The notes below the pieces were generated by a model. That model saw only the letters and a program-made list of their open reading frames with translations, had not been told where the DNA came from and searched no databases. 64,000 nucleotides of DNA from Methanocella sp. (GTDB taxonomy: Archaea > Thermoproteota > Bathyarchaeia > Bathyarchaeales > Bathycorpusculaceae), in the NCBI GenBank assembly GCA_050261115.1, contig JBLNCY010000006.1, positions 54,599-118,598 on the forward strand. Direction: 5' to 3'. The position numbers and the translations under genes were made by a program. Below, one piece after another: positions 1 through 9,527 of the stretch (position 1 is its first letter; the number at the start of each line of letters is the position of its first letter).

Positions 1-596
1 GCAATCACGGGAATGCAAAGTTTTTCTTTGATCTGCTTGATGCTGGTCCAGTTTACTTTCCCCGCAAGTTTCTGGTCAGCGGTTCGTCCATGCACACAGA
101 GAGCAGCTATACCAGCGCTTTCTAGGCATTGGGCAATTCGCACACCGATGATTTTCTGGTTCTCCAACCCAATGCGCATTTTCACCGTGACTGGCCTCTC
201 AGTAGCCGCCACCATCTTACGCACAAGACTTTCTAACCTAGCAGGGTCTGCAAGCAAGTAGGCGCCGTAGCCTCGCTCAAGAAACTCTTTTTCGCTACAA
301 CCAACGTTGAGGTCGATTATGTCGGCATACTCCTCCACAAGCTTCACACTGTTAACTAGGTCCTCTTCGTTGTTGCCGATTAACTGGACGCTTACAGGGC
401 GCTCACAGTCCTGTATGTTTAGGATTTCTTTTACGTCGCTTGGTTTTCTGTTTTTGAGGATATCGGTTTCTATCATCTGCGTATAGATTAGCGCCGCATG
501 GTTCTCTTTGCAGAGCATTCGAAAAGCGGTGCAGTTGACAGCAGCCATTGGTGCAAGAACAAACTGGCCACGGAGAGCTATGGATCCGATGTTCAT
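1..596 (-). CDS. dus: tRNA-dihydrouridine synthase family protein (runs off window edge)
   Basis: Manual translation from ATG at 596: MNIGSIALRGQFVLAPMAAVNCTAFRMLCK...; LAPMA motif, DLNVGC and VTVKMRIG Dus motifs. Confidence 0.85.
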   Translation of the reverse strand, partial: MNIGSIALRGQFVLAPMAAVNCTAFRMLCKENHAALIYTQMIETDILKNRKPSDVKEILNIQDCERPVSVQLIGNNEEDLVNSVKLVEEYADIIDLNVGCSEKEFLERGYGAYLLADPARLESLVRKMVAATERPVTVKMRIGLENQKIIGVRIAQCLESAGIAALCVHGRTADQKLAGKVNWTSIKQIKEKLCIPVI

Positions 597-701
597 GAGA
601 TTCTCTTCCACAGAACTTAGTTATCGCATATTAAGGTTAACACCCACAAAACTTGCAATACAACAAGCCGCGGGCACCCAGAACGCAACCTCCAAAGGAA
701 A

Positions 702-1205
702 TCAGTACACTGAAACTTTGGCAACGCCTGGAATCTTTAGCAACTCAGGAATGAGTTCACCGGGAATCTTTCTATCCACAATCAACGTACACTTCGGCTC
801 AGGCGACAATTCAGGGTCATCAACAATAGCTTGGCGTATGCCCAACCCCGCCTTGAACAGAACTTGGGTGGAATTGGCCAGAATGCCTCGCATTTGGGCG
901 CTATCGGGGGTGATCTCAATAACGCCTAGGTCGAGGTGTTTTGCGATTTCTTTTAGGCTGTGACCTGCGGGGCGGATCGCCTCAAAAATCATGCGCAACT
1001 CTGCATTCTCGTGAATAGAGGCAAGAGTTTCGTTGACGGTCCGGCGGTCGACGCCTGCAACTCGCGCAATGCGGATAGGGGGAATTTCGATTTGGTTTAG
1101 GTAGATTTCGCCGTCTTTGATCGATAGGCCGTTTTCTATAAGGACACGGGCCACTTTGAGGCGTTCTGGATAGCTGTCGAGGGCTGTTTTAATTTTATTC
1201 CACAT
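702..1205 (-). CDS. HTH + ACT-domain amino-acid metabolism regulator (COG2150-like)
   Basis: IARVAGVDRRTV HTH; C-terminal ACT-like GILA...IRQAIVDDPEL. Confidence 0.75.
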   Translation of the reverse strand: MWNKIKTALDSYPERLKVARVLIENGLSIKDGEIYLNQIEIPPIRIARVAGVDRRTVNETLASIHENAELRMIFEAIRPAGHSLKEIAKHLDLGVIEITPDSAQMRGILANSTQVLFKAGLGIRQAIVDDPELSPEPKCTLIVDRKIPGELIPELLKIPGVAKVSVY

Positions 1206-1345
1206 TTGGATCGCTTTTGTATATTTCTGTGCGTTTGAGTATAAATGTGTTGTTTACAAAACATGCTTCAATGCACATAAATGTACACTAAAGCTTTAAA
1301 TAAAACCTAAAAGAACAGTTCACTACCAAAGCAGGGCGAAAAAAC

Positions 1346-2767
1346 TTGCACGACAAAAAAATCCTACTCAAAGAAACAGACATACCAAAACAATGGTATA
1401 ACATTGTCCCCGACCTGCCACACCCGCTTCCCCCCTTTATAGAGGCGGAAACCGGAAAACCAGGCGTCGGCATCGTCCCAAAAATTTTCCCTAAAGCAAT
1501 AATCGGTCAAGAAGTCAGCCAAGAACGCTGGATAGACATCCCCGACGAGGTCCGAGAAATCTACAAAATATGGAGACCCAGTCCACTCTTCCGCGCCTAT
1601 GGCCTCGAGCAGGCACTAAAAACTCCCGCTAAAATCTACTACAAATACGAAGGTACCTCTCCTTCAGGCAGTCACAAAACCAACAGTGCCGTACCCCAAG
1701 CCTACTACAACATGAAAGAAGGCATCACCCGTGTCACCACCGAAACAGGCGCAGGACAATGGGGAAGCGCACTAAGCTTCGCAGCAAGCGTCTTTGGATT
1801 AGAAGCCACCGTCTACATGGTCCGCGCAAGCTTCGACCAGAAGCCCTATCGCAAAGCCATGATGAACGCATACGGCGCAACCGTCTACGCCAGCCCATCC
1901 AACAACACACAAGCAGGCAGAAAAATCCTAGCCGAAGACCCACAAACCAAAGGCAGCCTCGGCATCGCAATCAGCGAAGCAATAGAAGACAGCTTAGAAA
2001 GCGAAAAAACAGGTAAAAAAGCAAACTATACCATCGGATCAGTCTTCAACCACGTCTGCCTACACCAAACCGTCGCCGGACTCGAGGCACAGAAACAATT
2101 TGCCATGATTGACGATTACCCTGATGAGATTTATGGATGCATCGGAGGCGGCAGCAGCTTTAGCGGATTGTTCTGGCCCTTCTACTATGATAAAGTCTCT
2201 AAGAAAGCGCCAAAAGAAACCAAGTTCTTTGCCGTTGAACCCACAGCATGCCCCAAAGTCACAAGGGGATACTACACCTATGATCACGGTGACACATCAA
2301 AATTAACCCCGCTGGTACCGATGCACACCTTAGGCCATGACTTCATGCCTGCGCCTATCCATGCGGGCGGACTTCGCTACCACGGCATAGCCCCAACCAT
2401 CAGCGTACTCGCGCAGGAAAACAAAATCAGCACTATAGCCGTCAACCAAGTTGACGCCTTTGACGCTGCAAAAATGTTCATACGAAGCGAAGGCATCATA
2501 CCATCACCCGAGTCAACGCACGCCATCAAAGCCGTATGTGACCAAGCACGAGCATGCGCACAAACTAATACGCCTAAAACTTTGCTGTTCGCTTTGACGG
2601 GTCATGGTTTCTTTGACATGACCGCTTACGAGGAATACTTTAGCGGTAGACTGCAGCCCTATGAGTATCCAGCTGAGAAAGTGGCTGAATCCATGGAGAA
2701 GCTCCGCAAACTCTACCCGTGGCTAAACGATGTCACAAAACAGTACATAACACCCTGCAAGCAGTAA
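1346..2767 (+). CDS. trpB2: TrpB-like PLP enzyme (TrpB2)
   Basis: SGSHKTN PLP lysine, TETGAGQWG, GGGS, IHAGGLRYHG motifs. Confidence 0.93.
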   Translation: MHDKKILLKETDIPKQWYNIVPDLPHPLPPFIEAETGKPGVGIVPKIFPKAIIGQEVSQERWIDIPDEVREIYKIWRPSPLFRAYGLEQALKTPAKIYYKYEGTSPSGSHKTNSAVPQAYYNMKEGITRVTTETGAGQWGSALSFAASVFGLEATVYMVRASFDQKPYRKAMMNAYGATVYASPSNNTQAGRKILAEDPQTKGSLGIAISEAIEDSLESEKTGKKANYTIGSVFNHVCLHQTVAGLEAQKQFAMIDDYPDEIYGCIGGGSSFSGLFWPFYYDKVSKKAPKETKFFAVEPTACPKVTRGYYTYDHGDTSKLTPLVPMHTLGHDFMPAPIHAGGLRYHGIAPTISVLAQENKISTIAVNQVDAFDAAKMFIRSEGIIPSPESTHAIKAVCDQARACAQTNTPKTLLFALTGHGFFDMTAYEEYFSGRLQPYEYPAEKVAESMEKLRKLYPWLNDVTKQYITPCKQ

Positions 2768-3122
2768 CTTGCAACCCCCCACTATTCTTTTCCTTTTTGC
2801 TCTTTTCTAGTCCAGCATTAAATGCTATGATTTATCTACGCTTAACGACTTTCTAACGTTAACACGTAGTGGAATTTCATAAATGATAAATTGCAATTCG
2901 CCTTAAGAGGTTTTTATGCCAGCTCAAGGTAAGCCATTTCTTGTTGAGAGAAGGCCTGTTTTGTGCCGTTTAGGTATTCATAGCTGGGGGGCGCCGCATG
3001 TGTATGAACCTAATCAATAAGAGTGTGGATGGTTGGGAGAAGAGTTGCCGCCATTGTAACGCGGTCAGGCGTTGGATGCGACGTAAGAGTTACACTTACA
3101 AAGAATATGGGTGTAGTGGAAT

Positions 3123-4094
3123 TTAGACTACAAGGTCAGCCATGTCTACACTGCGCTCATAAATTTGCCGCAGAAACTGAACCACAGCCAAAATCTGAGG
3201 CAACAAATCCACCGAAGAATCCTTCACAGCCGCCTCAATTCGGGAACAGTTGTCATCGACCTTTCCCCTCATCTCACGAACATTTTCAGCTAGTGCGATA
3301 TCCTTACATAAAAAGGCCTTGAACGCTTGCTCATTGGCATCTACACAGGTTGACTGCAACGCCAGCACCAGTCTCCTAAGTTCATCGGATAGCTTAGTGT
3401 TCTTGAGTTCAAGCGTGCTCTGCGCAATCTGAACGCAGGCGTCACCTATACCCTCAATAAAGCCCGCAATAAGACGGTAGTCCACGCATTCAATAGGAAT
3501 GATACCTAGCTTCTCGCTAAGTCGGGGGCTCTGCAAAATAGTACGCAGTATCCTAACAAGCAAAAAATAGAATTTGTTGTTCTCTACATCACGTTCGATA
3601 ACGTTCTTTGCTAAGTCCATATCAGAAGAGACAAAACTGCTAGCCGCATCACGGATCATCCGCACGGCGCTAGCCTGGTTACGCTGCAGGATTTTTCCCG
3701 GTGAAGTGAAGGGTTGCTGCATAAGGCACTGAAGCGTCATCATTGAGGGGGTTTCCTCAACAATCATAAGCCCAGCTAGCGAGTTCGCAGTGGATTTGAT
3801 GAGGTTACGCATGTTTGAGTCGATGCGGTCTTTGGCTTCTATTTTTATGATATCATAACCTAAGAGGTAGCGGCCGATGATTTCGCGGCTCAAATAAGGA
3901 TTAACCTTTAACGACACAGATTTAGGTTCGGGTTCAGAGGCGAATTGAGTGTCTACAAACAGTTTACCATCGCTGGTTACTTCGAGGTTAACTTGGGAGC
4001 CCTTCTGCAAGTTATGGCTCTTAGCCCATTCACGGGGTAAACAAACAAAAAACGTGCCAGTGGGAGTCTGCTGAATTTTACGCACTTCACTCAT
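3123..4094 (-). CDS. phoU: AbrB-domain PhoU-family phosphate uptake regulator
   Basis: N-terminal RKIQQTPTGTFFVCLPREWA AbrB-like domain followed by helical PhoU repeats. Confidence 0.85.
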   Translation of the reverse strand: MSEVRKIQQTPTGTFFVCLPREWAKSHNLQKGSQVNLEVTSDGKLFVDTQFASEPEPKSVSLKVNPYLSREIIGRYLLGYDIIKIEAKDRIDSNMRNLIKSTANSLAGLMIVEETPSMMTLQCLMQQPFTSPGKILQRNQASAVRMIRDAASSFVSSDMDLAKNVIERDVENNKFYFLLVRILRTILQSPRLSEKLGIIPIECVDYRLIAGFIEGIGDACVQIAQSTLELKNTKLSDELRRLVLALQSTCVDANEQAFKAFLCKDIALAENVREMRGKVDDNCSRIEAAVKDSSVDLLPQILAVVQFLRQIYERSVDMADLVV

Positions 4095-4275
4095 AGAGAC
4101 ACCAAGTTATAACACATCTAAACAAACCTGTCCCTATATAAATCGTAAGCATCAGGTTACGTCAACCCGGCTAGTAAGCCATACCAACAAGTGTTTTAGG
4201 GCAATGAAAAACAGTAAATAACTCTAAGCCATACTGCCTAACCATCGGAAACATAGTAATCGGGCAGAAGAATGC

Positions 4276-5898
4276 ATGAGTAGGCAAGAGAAACTCCAAA
4301 AAGCCATCGAGGCAGCCATCATTGCCGGCTACCAACTAAACAGCGAAGCTTTTGAGTTCCTTACCCAAAATGTGGACACAATGGACCCCGAAGCCGTAAT
4401 GAATCTAGCATTAATGCAGTTATCTGACTTAGAGGATAAGCCCATCTTCATCGACCGAGATAGACTCGTGTCAGTTATTCATCAATTAGCAGTTGCAGAA
4501 ATGCAACAAGCCTTAGAAAACCAAACCGAAACACAACCAACCAATGAACCCAATCCAGTTAACATATTCCCGGAAGCACAAAGCTACACCGAGCCAACCA
4601 TAAACGCGGTCGATGCCAGCGACTACTTTTACCCCTACGCCAAAGACATATCCTCCGAGCTTATAATCATAGAAGACCCCACAGGTAAACTCACCTCAAA
4701 CGGAACAATACAAGAATACACAGCGCTCTTCCAAGACCGCTTCAGACGGGTCGAAAAAATACTCCGCAACCGCATGGATGTCCGCTCAGCCACACCGCTA
4801 GCCGAAGCGGTCAAATCCCAACCGAAATCAAAACTCAAAGTCATCTGCATGCTAACAGAAAAACGCGACAGCAAAAACAACACCATCCTCTCAGTTGAAG
4901 ACCCAAACAGCAGCGCCACCATCGTCATCCCCCACAAGGCACCTGAAGAAGTAAAAAAGAAGGCACTAACACTATTGCCCGACACCGTCTTTTGTGCGGC
5001 AGTCATCAAAACCCGAACCAATCTGCTCATGGCAGAAGACATTATCCTCCCAGAAGTCGGCCGAAAAGCACCTAAACGGGCCCAAGAACCTGTCTATGCA
5101 GTGCTGACTTCAGATGTACATGTAGGTAGCAATAAATTTACCAAAGATGCATTTCGCCGTTTCATTCTTTGGCTAAGAGGTAAGTATGGCACCCCACAAA
5201 TGCGTGAAGTCGCAGGCCGCGTCAAGTACCTCTTAATCGCAGGTGACATCGTCGACGGCGTAGGTATTTATCCCGGTCAACAAACAGAACTCACCATACG
5301 TGATGTACGCAAGCAATACAACTTTGCCATCAAATATCTAGAAAAAATACCCAGCTACATAGAAATCGTGCTCTCACCAGGCAACCACGACGCCGCGCGT
5401 AAATCCCAACCTCAGCCAGCCATCCCAGAAGGATACCTAACCGCAATCAAAGATAAACCAAACATTCACTCTGTTGGCAGCCCCTGCTACCTAAGCATAC
5501 ATGGCGTTGAAGTCTTGATGTATCACGGTGTAAGCCTAAATGACATCATAGGGGTAGTGCCGGGGATGGATAATGATCATCCTGAGAAGTCCATGAGGCT
5601 ACTTATGCAGGATCGCCACTTGGCACCTATGTATGGCGGTAAAACCATGCTTTCGCCTGAGAACCGCGACTATATGGTTGTCGAGCGAGTCCCCGACATC
5701 TTTCATGCGGGTCACATTCACGTTTTAGGCTACTGTAACTATCGGGGGGTACTTGTAGTTAATTCGGGGGGCTGGCAACTGCAGACTGAGTATATGGAAA
5801 AGTTAGGGCTGATGCCTACGCCTGGGAAGGTTCCTGTAATCAACTTGCAAACAATGGAGATTACGGTTCTGGATTTCCTAAACCCCATTGAGAGTTAG
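4276..5898 (+). CDS. polD1: DNA polymerase D small (proofreading) subunit DP1
   Basis: OB fold plus calcineurin-like motifs SDVHVGS, GDIVDG, PGNHD, HLAP, GHIH. Confidence 0.95.
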   Translation: MSRQEKLQKAIEAAIIAGYQLNSEAFEFLTQNVDTMDPEAVMNLALMQLSDLEDKPIFIDRDRLVSVIHQLAVAEMQQALENQTETQPTNEPNPVNIFPEAQSYTEPTINAVDASDYFYPYAKDISSELIIIEDPTGKLTSNGTIQEYTALFQDRFRRVEKILRNRMDVRSATPLAEAVKSQPKSKLKVICMLTEKRDSKNNTILSVEDPNSSATIVIPHKAPEEVKKKALTLLPDTVFCAAVIKTRTNLLMAEDIILPEVGRKAPKRAQEPVYAVLTSDVHVGSNKFTKDAFRRFILWLRGKYGTPQMREVAGRVKYLLIAGDIVDGVGIYPGQQTELTIRDVRKQYNFAIKYLEKIPSYIEIVLSPGNHDAARKSQPQPAIPEGYLTAIKDKPNIHSVGSPCYLSIHGVEVLMYHGVSLNDIIGVVPGMDNDHPEKSMRLLMQDRHLAPMYGGKTMLSPENRDYMVVERVPDIFHAGHIHVLGYCNYRGVLVVNSGGWQLQTEYMEKLGLMPTPGKVPVINLQTMEITVLDFLNPIES

Positions 5899-7118
5899 GT
5901 TTTGTGGAGGCTTTTTGGCTGATAATTTAGCAGAGGGCCAAAACGTGCGTCTGTACCAAATACATCTTTTATTAAGCCACGGCTAATTTCAAGACGAATC
6001 TTCTTAGTTCGCCCATACCGGCCCATGCTAACAACTTTGGCGTTGACAAGCCCCATAGAATCAAGCTCGTTTACAAGCGTTCCGAGGCGTCGCTGGGTAA
6101 GTAATCCTGCGCCCATTTCGCCACAGAGTTCATTGTATATGTCATAGATTTCTCCTGTGGATGCACTGTGCTTGTTGAGGTGATATACGCTTAGCAGGAC
6201 AAGTTTTGAGTGCAACGTCAAGTTTTTTAGAGCTTCGATTACACGGTTGTGTTCTATGTGTTTTTCAGCTTGGCGAACGTGTTCTTCTGTGATGGTGGTT
6301 GCACCGTTCCGTTCGGCTACTTCACCGGCTACTCTGAGCAGGTCTAGAGCTCTTCTGGCATCGCCATGCTCTGCTGCGGCCAAGGCTGCGGATATGCTAA
6401 GTGCAGACTCAGTCAAAGCACCATCCATAAATGCAAGCTTTGATCGTTCAAACAAAATATTTCGGAGTTCGCTTGCATCGTAGGGTCGGAATACGAGTTC
6501 TTCTTCACTTAAGGAGCTGAATACACGGGGGTCTAGGAATTCTTTTAGGCGGAGGTCGTTTGATATGCCGATGATTGAGACTTTGCTTTTGTTGAGTGTT
6601 TCGTTGATGCGGGTGAGTTCGTACATGAAGGCGTCGCCTCGGTCTTTTATGAGGGCATCTACCTCGTCTAGTACGATGATGAATATAATGTAAGATTGGT
6701 CTAGGCCTGAGCGGAATCTATCGAAAACTTCGCCGACTGACAACCCAGTAAAGGGAATGGATAGCCCAACACTTTGGCTAAGGGCGGCAAAAACGCGGTA
6801 TTCTGAACCGGTCATGCGGCAGTTTATGTAACAGAATTTTATTTGGGCCCCATACTCTTTGGCTTTTGATTCGAGGTGGCTAAGGACGTATTTGGCTACT
6901 GCGGTTTTTCCTGTGCCGGTTTTGCCGTAGATGAATATGTTTGAGCAGCGGGCATTTCTTAGTACAGGGGCTACTGTGGATCCTAGGAGTCGGATTTGTT
7001 CTTCTCGGTGGGGGAGCTTTTCTGGTAGATAGTCATGTCTTAGGACTTCGCGGTCTTTGAAGAGTCTTGGGCCTTTTACGAAATTGTCAAACACATCATC
7101 AAGTACAGAGTTTCCCAT
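5895..7118 (-). CDS. cdc6: Orc1/Cdc6 replication initiator
   Basis: LPHREEQI, Walker A GKTGTGKT, Walker B LDEVD, GDARRALDLL, C-terminal wHTH GRYGRTK. Confidence 0.97.
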   Translation of the reverse strand: MGNSVLDDVFDNFVKGPRLFKDREVLRHDYLPEKLPHREEQIRLLGSTVAPVLRNARCSNIFIYGKTGTGKTAVAKYVLSHLESKAKEYGAQIKFCYINCRMTGSEYRVFAALSQSVGLSIPFTGLSVGEVFDRFRSGLDQSYIIFIIVLDEVDALIKDRGDAFMYELTRINETLNKSKVSIIGISNDLRLKEFLDPRVFSSLSEEELVFRPYDASELRNILFERSKLAFMDGALTESALSISAALAAAEHGDARRALDLLRVAGEVAERNGATTITEEHVRQAEKHIEHNRVIEALKNLTLHSKLVLLSVYHLNKHSASTGEIYDIYNELCGEMGAGLLTQRRLGTLVNELDSMGLVNAKVVSMGRYGRTKKIRLEISRGLIKDVFGTDARFGPLLNYQPKSLHKT

Positions 7119-7149
7119 TGTTTGCCCACCCTATTTTTTTTCAGAGGTA

Positions 7150-7170
7150 CAACCGTTATTTCGAGTGGAA
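7150..7170 (-). promoter_or_regulatory. ORB-like box 1
   Basis: Minus strand TTCCACTCGAAATAACGGTTG resembles ORB TTCCAGTGGAAA-n-GGGG. Confidence 0.65.
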
Positions 7171-7269
7171 CAGATAAAGGCTACAGTACAAAAAAATGGT
7201 TTTGAACAACAACATTCCTAAAAGAAGACAAAAACAGGCAGAAACAACCTATCAACCCAAGGATAGACT

Positions 7270-7291
7270 CACCCGTTGATTTCTACTGGAA
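7270..7291 (-). promoter_or_regulatory. ORB-like box 2
   Basis: Minus strand TTCCAGTAGAAATCAACGGGTG. Confidence 0.75.
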
Positions 7292-7455
7292 AAATCAACT
7301 AACTTTACACTAACCCATATTATAGTATAACATAATAATATACTCTGAGTTGTAAATTAGCTTTGAATATATTAATGATTGTTGTCCAAAAAAATAGATA
7401 GACTCTCAGAAATTATTTTTCGACCGCTTCTCAACTTCTTTTTTCCCCTAAAACT

Positions 7456-7477
7456 CTCGAGAGGAAAAAGAGGGGTG
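7456..7477 (+). promoter_or_regulatory. ORB-like box 3
   Basis: CTCGAGAGGAAAAAGAGGGGTG with G-string. Confidence 0.7.
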
Positions 7478-7612
7478 CCTCTCTGATCTGAATTCCATGG
7501 AAGAAAGCTTGTAAGCTGTCCCTTTGCTTCAATATTTTGCCATGGCTTGCTTTGCTCCTTACCAAAGTTCGCCTAGTGACCTCTTGATTGCCAGGTTTGG
7601 GTGGCTTAGGGG

Positions 7613-7913
7613 TTCACAAAACTGTGAATACATGTGAAATAGCAATAAATCTGTAGCTTTATCAAGCTTCTTTTTCGGAGATTTACTTGTTTTCTGTCTG
7701 TTAACAGTGAATGTGGCACCCCTTGGCTTCTACTGGAGAACTCGATTTAAGCTGGAAAGATAAATCTTTTAACCGTTTGTTTTTCTGTGAAGCTTGTAAT
7801 TCTAAAAACAATTATAAAATAAGTTATTTACTGAAAATAAGCTTGAATTGGGCTTTTTATTTTGGCTGTTTTCACCATCACAGTTATATGCTGTGAAGCT
7901 GTAGAGTTGTGAA
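7613..7913. repeat. GTGAA/TTCAC motif cluster upstream of the 143-aa wHTH gene
   Basis: Copies at 7613, 7624, 7634, 7707, 7787, 7871, 7893, 7909. Confidence 0.75.
7717..7738 (-). promoter_or_regulatory. ORB-like box 4
   Basis: Minus strand CTCCAGTAGAAGCCAAGGGGTG with G-string, inverted relative to box 3. Confidence 0.75.
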
Positions 7914-7932
7914 CAACCTAGGTGTCTAATTA

Positions 7933-8364
7933 GTGCCGACTCGCAAAATGCGCGTGGAGCTCTTTGACAATGAGGGCAATCGGTATACCATTGCCTTTGA
8001 GGGTCAAGTGACCCGCGACAAAGCTCTACGCCTGCTTGATCTTGTTGAATTGCTAGGCGGCACACCGAATGAAACATCAAATATAACAAGTCCAGCAGTA
8101 CCCAGTCCTCGTCAACTGTCTCGTTTTGAGAAGGTTCAAGCAGTAATTCAGAAGAATTTCCCCTTAATCTGGTTCTCATCCAAAGACATTCAGGCAGTCT
8201 ATGAGCAGGAATTCAAAGAACCTGTCAGCCTAAGCACCATATCCACCTACCTCTCCAGAATGGCCTCAAAAGGCATGCTTATGCGCACTGGCACCTCCAA
8301 CAACCTCAAGTACAAGACTGCCCCAAACATTCCAGCGACAATCAAGCAGCGTATAATAAAGTAG
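7933..8364 (+). CDS. Uncharacterised origin-adjacent protein with C-terminal winged helix
   Basis: Small N-terminal beta-hairpin/helix domain, P/S/T linker, wHTH FSSKDIQAVYEQ...LSTISTYLSRMASKGMLMRTG. Confidence 0.8.
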   Translation: MPTRKMRVELFDNEGNRYTIAFEGQVTRDKALRLLDLVELLGGTPNETSNITSPAVPSPRQLSRFEKVQAVIQKNFPLIWFSSKDIQAVYEQEFKEPVSLSTISTYLSRMASKGMLMRTGTSNNLKYKTAPNIPATIKQRIIK

Positions 8365-8365
8365 C

Positions 8366-8411
8366 TTCACAAGCCCTTCACAACAGTTCACCACTGTTCA
8401 CAGGGTTCACA
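8366..8411. repeat. Five phased TTCAC direct repeats
   Basis: TTCAC at 8366, 8377, 8387, 8397, 8406 (spacing 11, 10, 10, 9). Confidence 0.9.
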
Positions 8412-8484
8412 ACATGCTTGTATTAGGTTGACGATTATTGGTAGCTGCCCATATTTTTTAGCATGCTATTTAGTTGAGTTGAGT

Positions 8485-8532
8485 TGCGTCTCTTGCTTTG
8501 CCAAGAGACCCCTCCTTATATATATAGAGTCA
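8485..8532 (+). repeat. Dispersed intergenic repeat, copy 1
   Basis: tgcgtctcttgctttgccaagagacccctccttatatatatagagtca; matches copies at 40610, 45314 and 62633. Confidence 0.8.
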
Positions 8533-8645
8533 ACCTCGGGTTGAACCTGGTCTTGAAAGCATACCTGCAAAAATACTAGCCTCACGGAACCCTTTAGTAG
8601 TAAAGCCCAGGAGACTGTCTATTTTGCAGTGGAAAATAAATTCGG

Positions 8646-9527
8646 CTAGGTTACGGCTGGCGAAGGCTCTGTCTTCTGCAGCAGGGCCTCCATCTCCTTT
8701 TTAATTGTATATCGGAACGGAATCTTACCAGCCTCCCTCTCCACATAACCTTCCTCATAAATCCTTTTCATCAACCTAGCCGTATGCTCCCTGCTCAAGC
8801 CAAGACGCTCTTTAATTTCCGGTGCAGTCTTAGCGCCCTCCTTAGAGAGCATCTCCAGCACTGCAATCTCTGTCTCGGTCAACGCTGCAAGAGCCTTGTC
8901 ACGTTTGATAGGAACAACCGGAAGCGCCATTTCACTTCGAGCCTCTATTGGAGCCGGCGGGGCAGTAGCTAACTTTTGGAGTTGTTCTTCCAACATAGCA
9001 ATTTTTTGTTGCATGGCTTGCTGGGCATTTTGTGCCTCTTGGAGTTTTGCTTGGAGGGTTGCCATTTCGTTTGTGAGCTCTGATTTTAGGGTTGTATTGT
9101 TTTGTGTGATTTCTGCCAAGTTTGCTGTGACGTCCTGGGTTAGAGTTTGATGTATTTGGTTAAGGGCGATGATCTGGGTTTCCAAGGGGTCGATTAGGTT
9201 CTCTAGCCGTTCGGCCTTTCGGTAGCTGGCTTCTGCGGTGGAGTAGCTGCCCTCAACTCTTGTCACCATATTATCAAATTTTTCTGATTGACGTTTTAAT
9301 TCACGGTTAAAACTAAGCACTATATCGCCCAAGAAATCTTTGGCTTTAGCGTATTCTTGTAGGCTCTGTTCATATTGTAGATGAGTTTTTGCGTATTCCT
9401 GCTGGGTTAGCTCATATACTCGGTGAACTTTGCGGATTTGACGGTAGTATTCATATCCTGCTATTGCTGTGACAGCTAATAGCACGCCAAAGATTACTAC
9501 TGTTAGGTCAACCGTGATGCTCTCCAC
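8646..9527 (-). CDS. Membrane-anchored coiled-coil protein with C-terminal MarR-like winged helix
   Basis: N-terminal hydrophobic helix LTVVIFGVLLAVTAIAGY, ~160 aa Q/E/L/K-rich heptads, APPAP linker, wHTH LTETEIAVLEML...TAPEIKERLGLSREHTARLMKRIYEEGYVER. Confidence 0.85.
   Translation of the reverse strand: MESITVDLTVVIFGVLLAVTAIAGYEYYRQIRKVHRVYELTQQEYAKTHLQYEQSLQEYAKAKDFLGDIVLSFNRELKRQSEKFDNMVTRVEGSYSTAEASYRKAERLENLIDPLETQIIALNQIHQTLTQDVTANLAEITQNNTTLKSELTNEMATLQAKLQEAQNAQQAMQQKIAMLEEQLQKLATAPPAPIEARSEMALPVVPIKRDKALAALTETEIAVLEMLSKEGAKTAPEIKERLGLSREHTARLMKRIYEEGYVEREAGKIPFRYTIKKEMEALLQKTEPSPAVT

Larger units (their letters stand above)
7119..7932. other. Probable chromosomal replication origin (oriC)
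   Basis: ~810-bp non-coding region upstream of cdc6 with four ORB-like boxes and an AT-rich tract at ~7296-7445. Confidence 0.85.

Noticed and set aside
508-963. 151-aa plus-strand ORF
   Set aside because: Overlaps dus and the ACT regulator on the opposite strand.
7711-8179. Small ORFs 7711-7896 (+) and 7802-8179 (-)
   Set aside because: They overlap ORB/motif DNA or are antisense to the 143-aa gene; no protein-like features.
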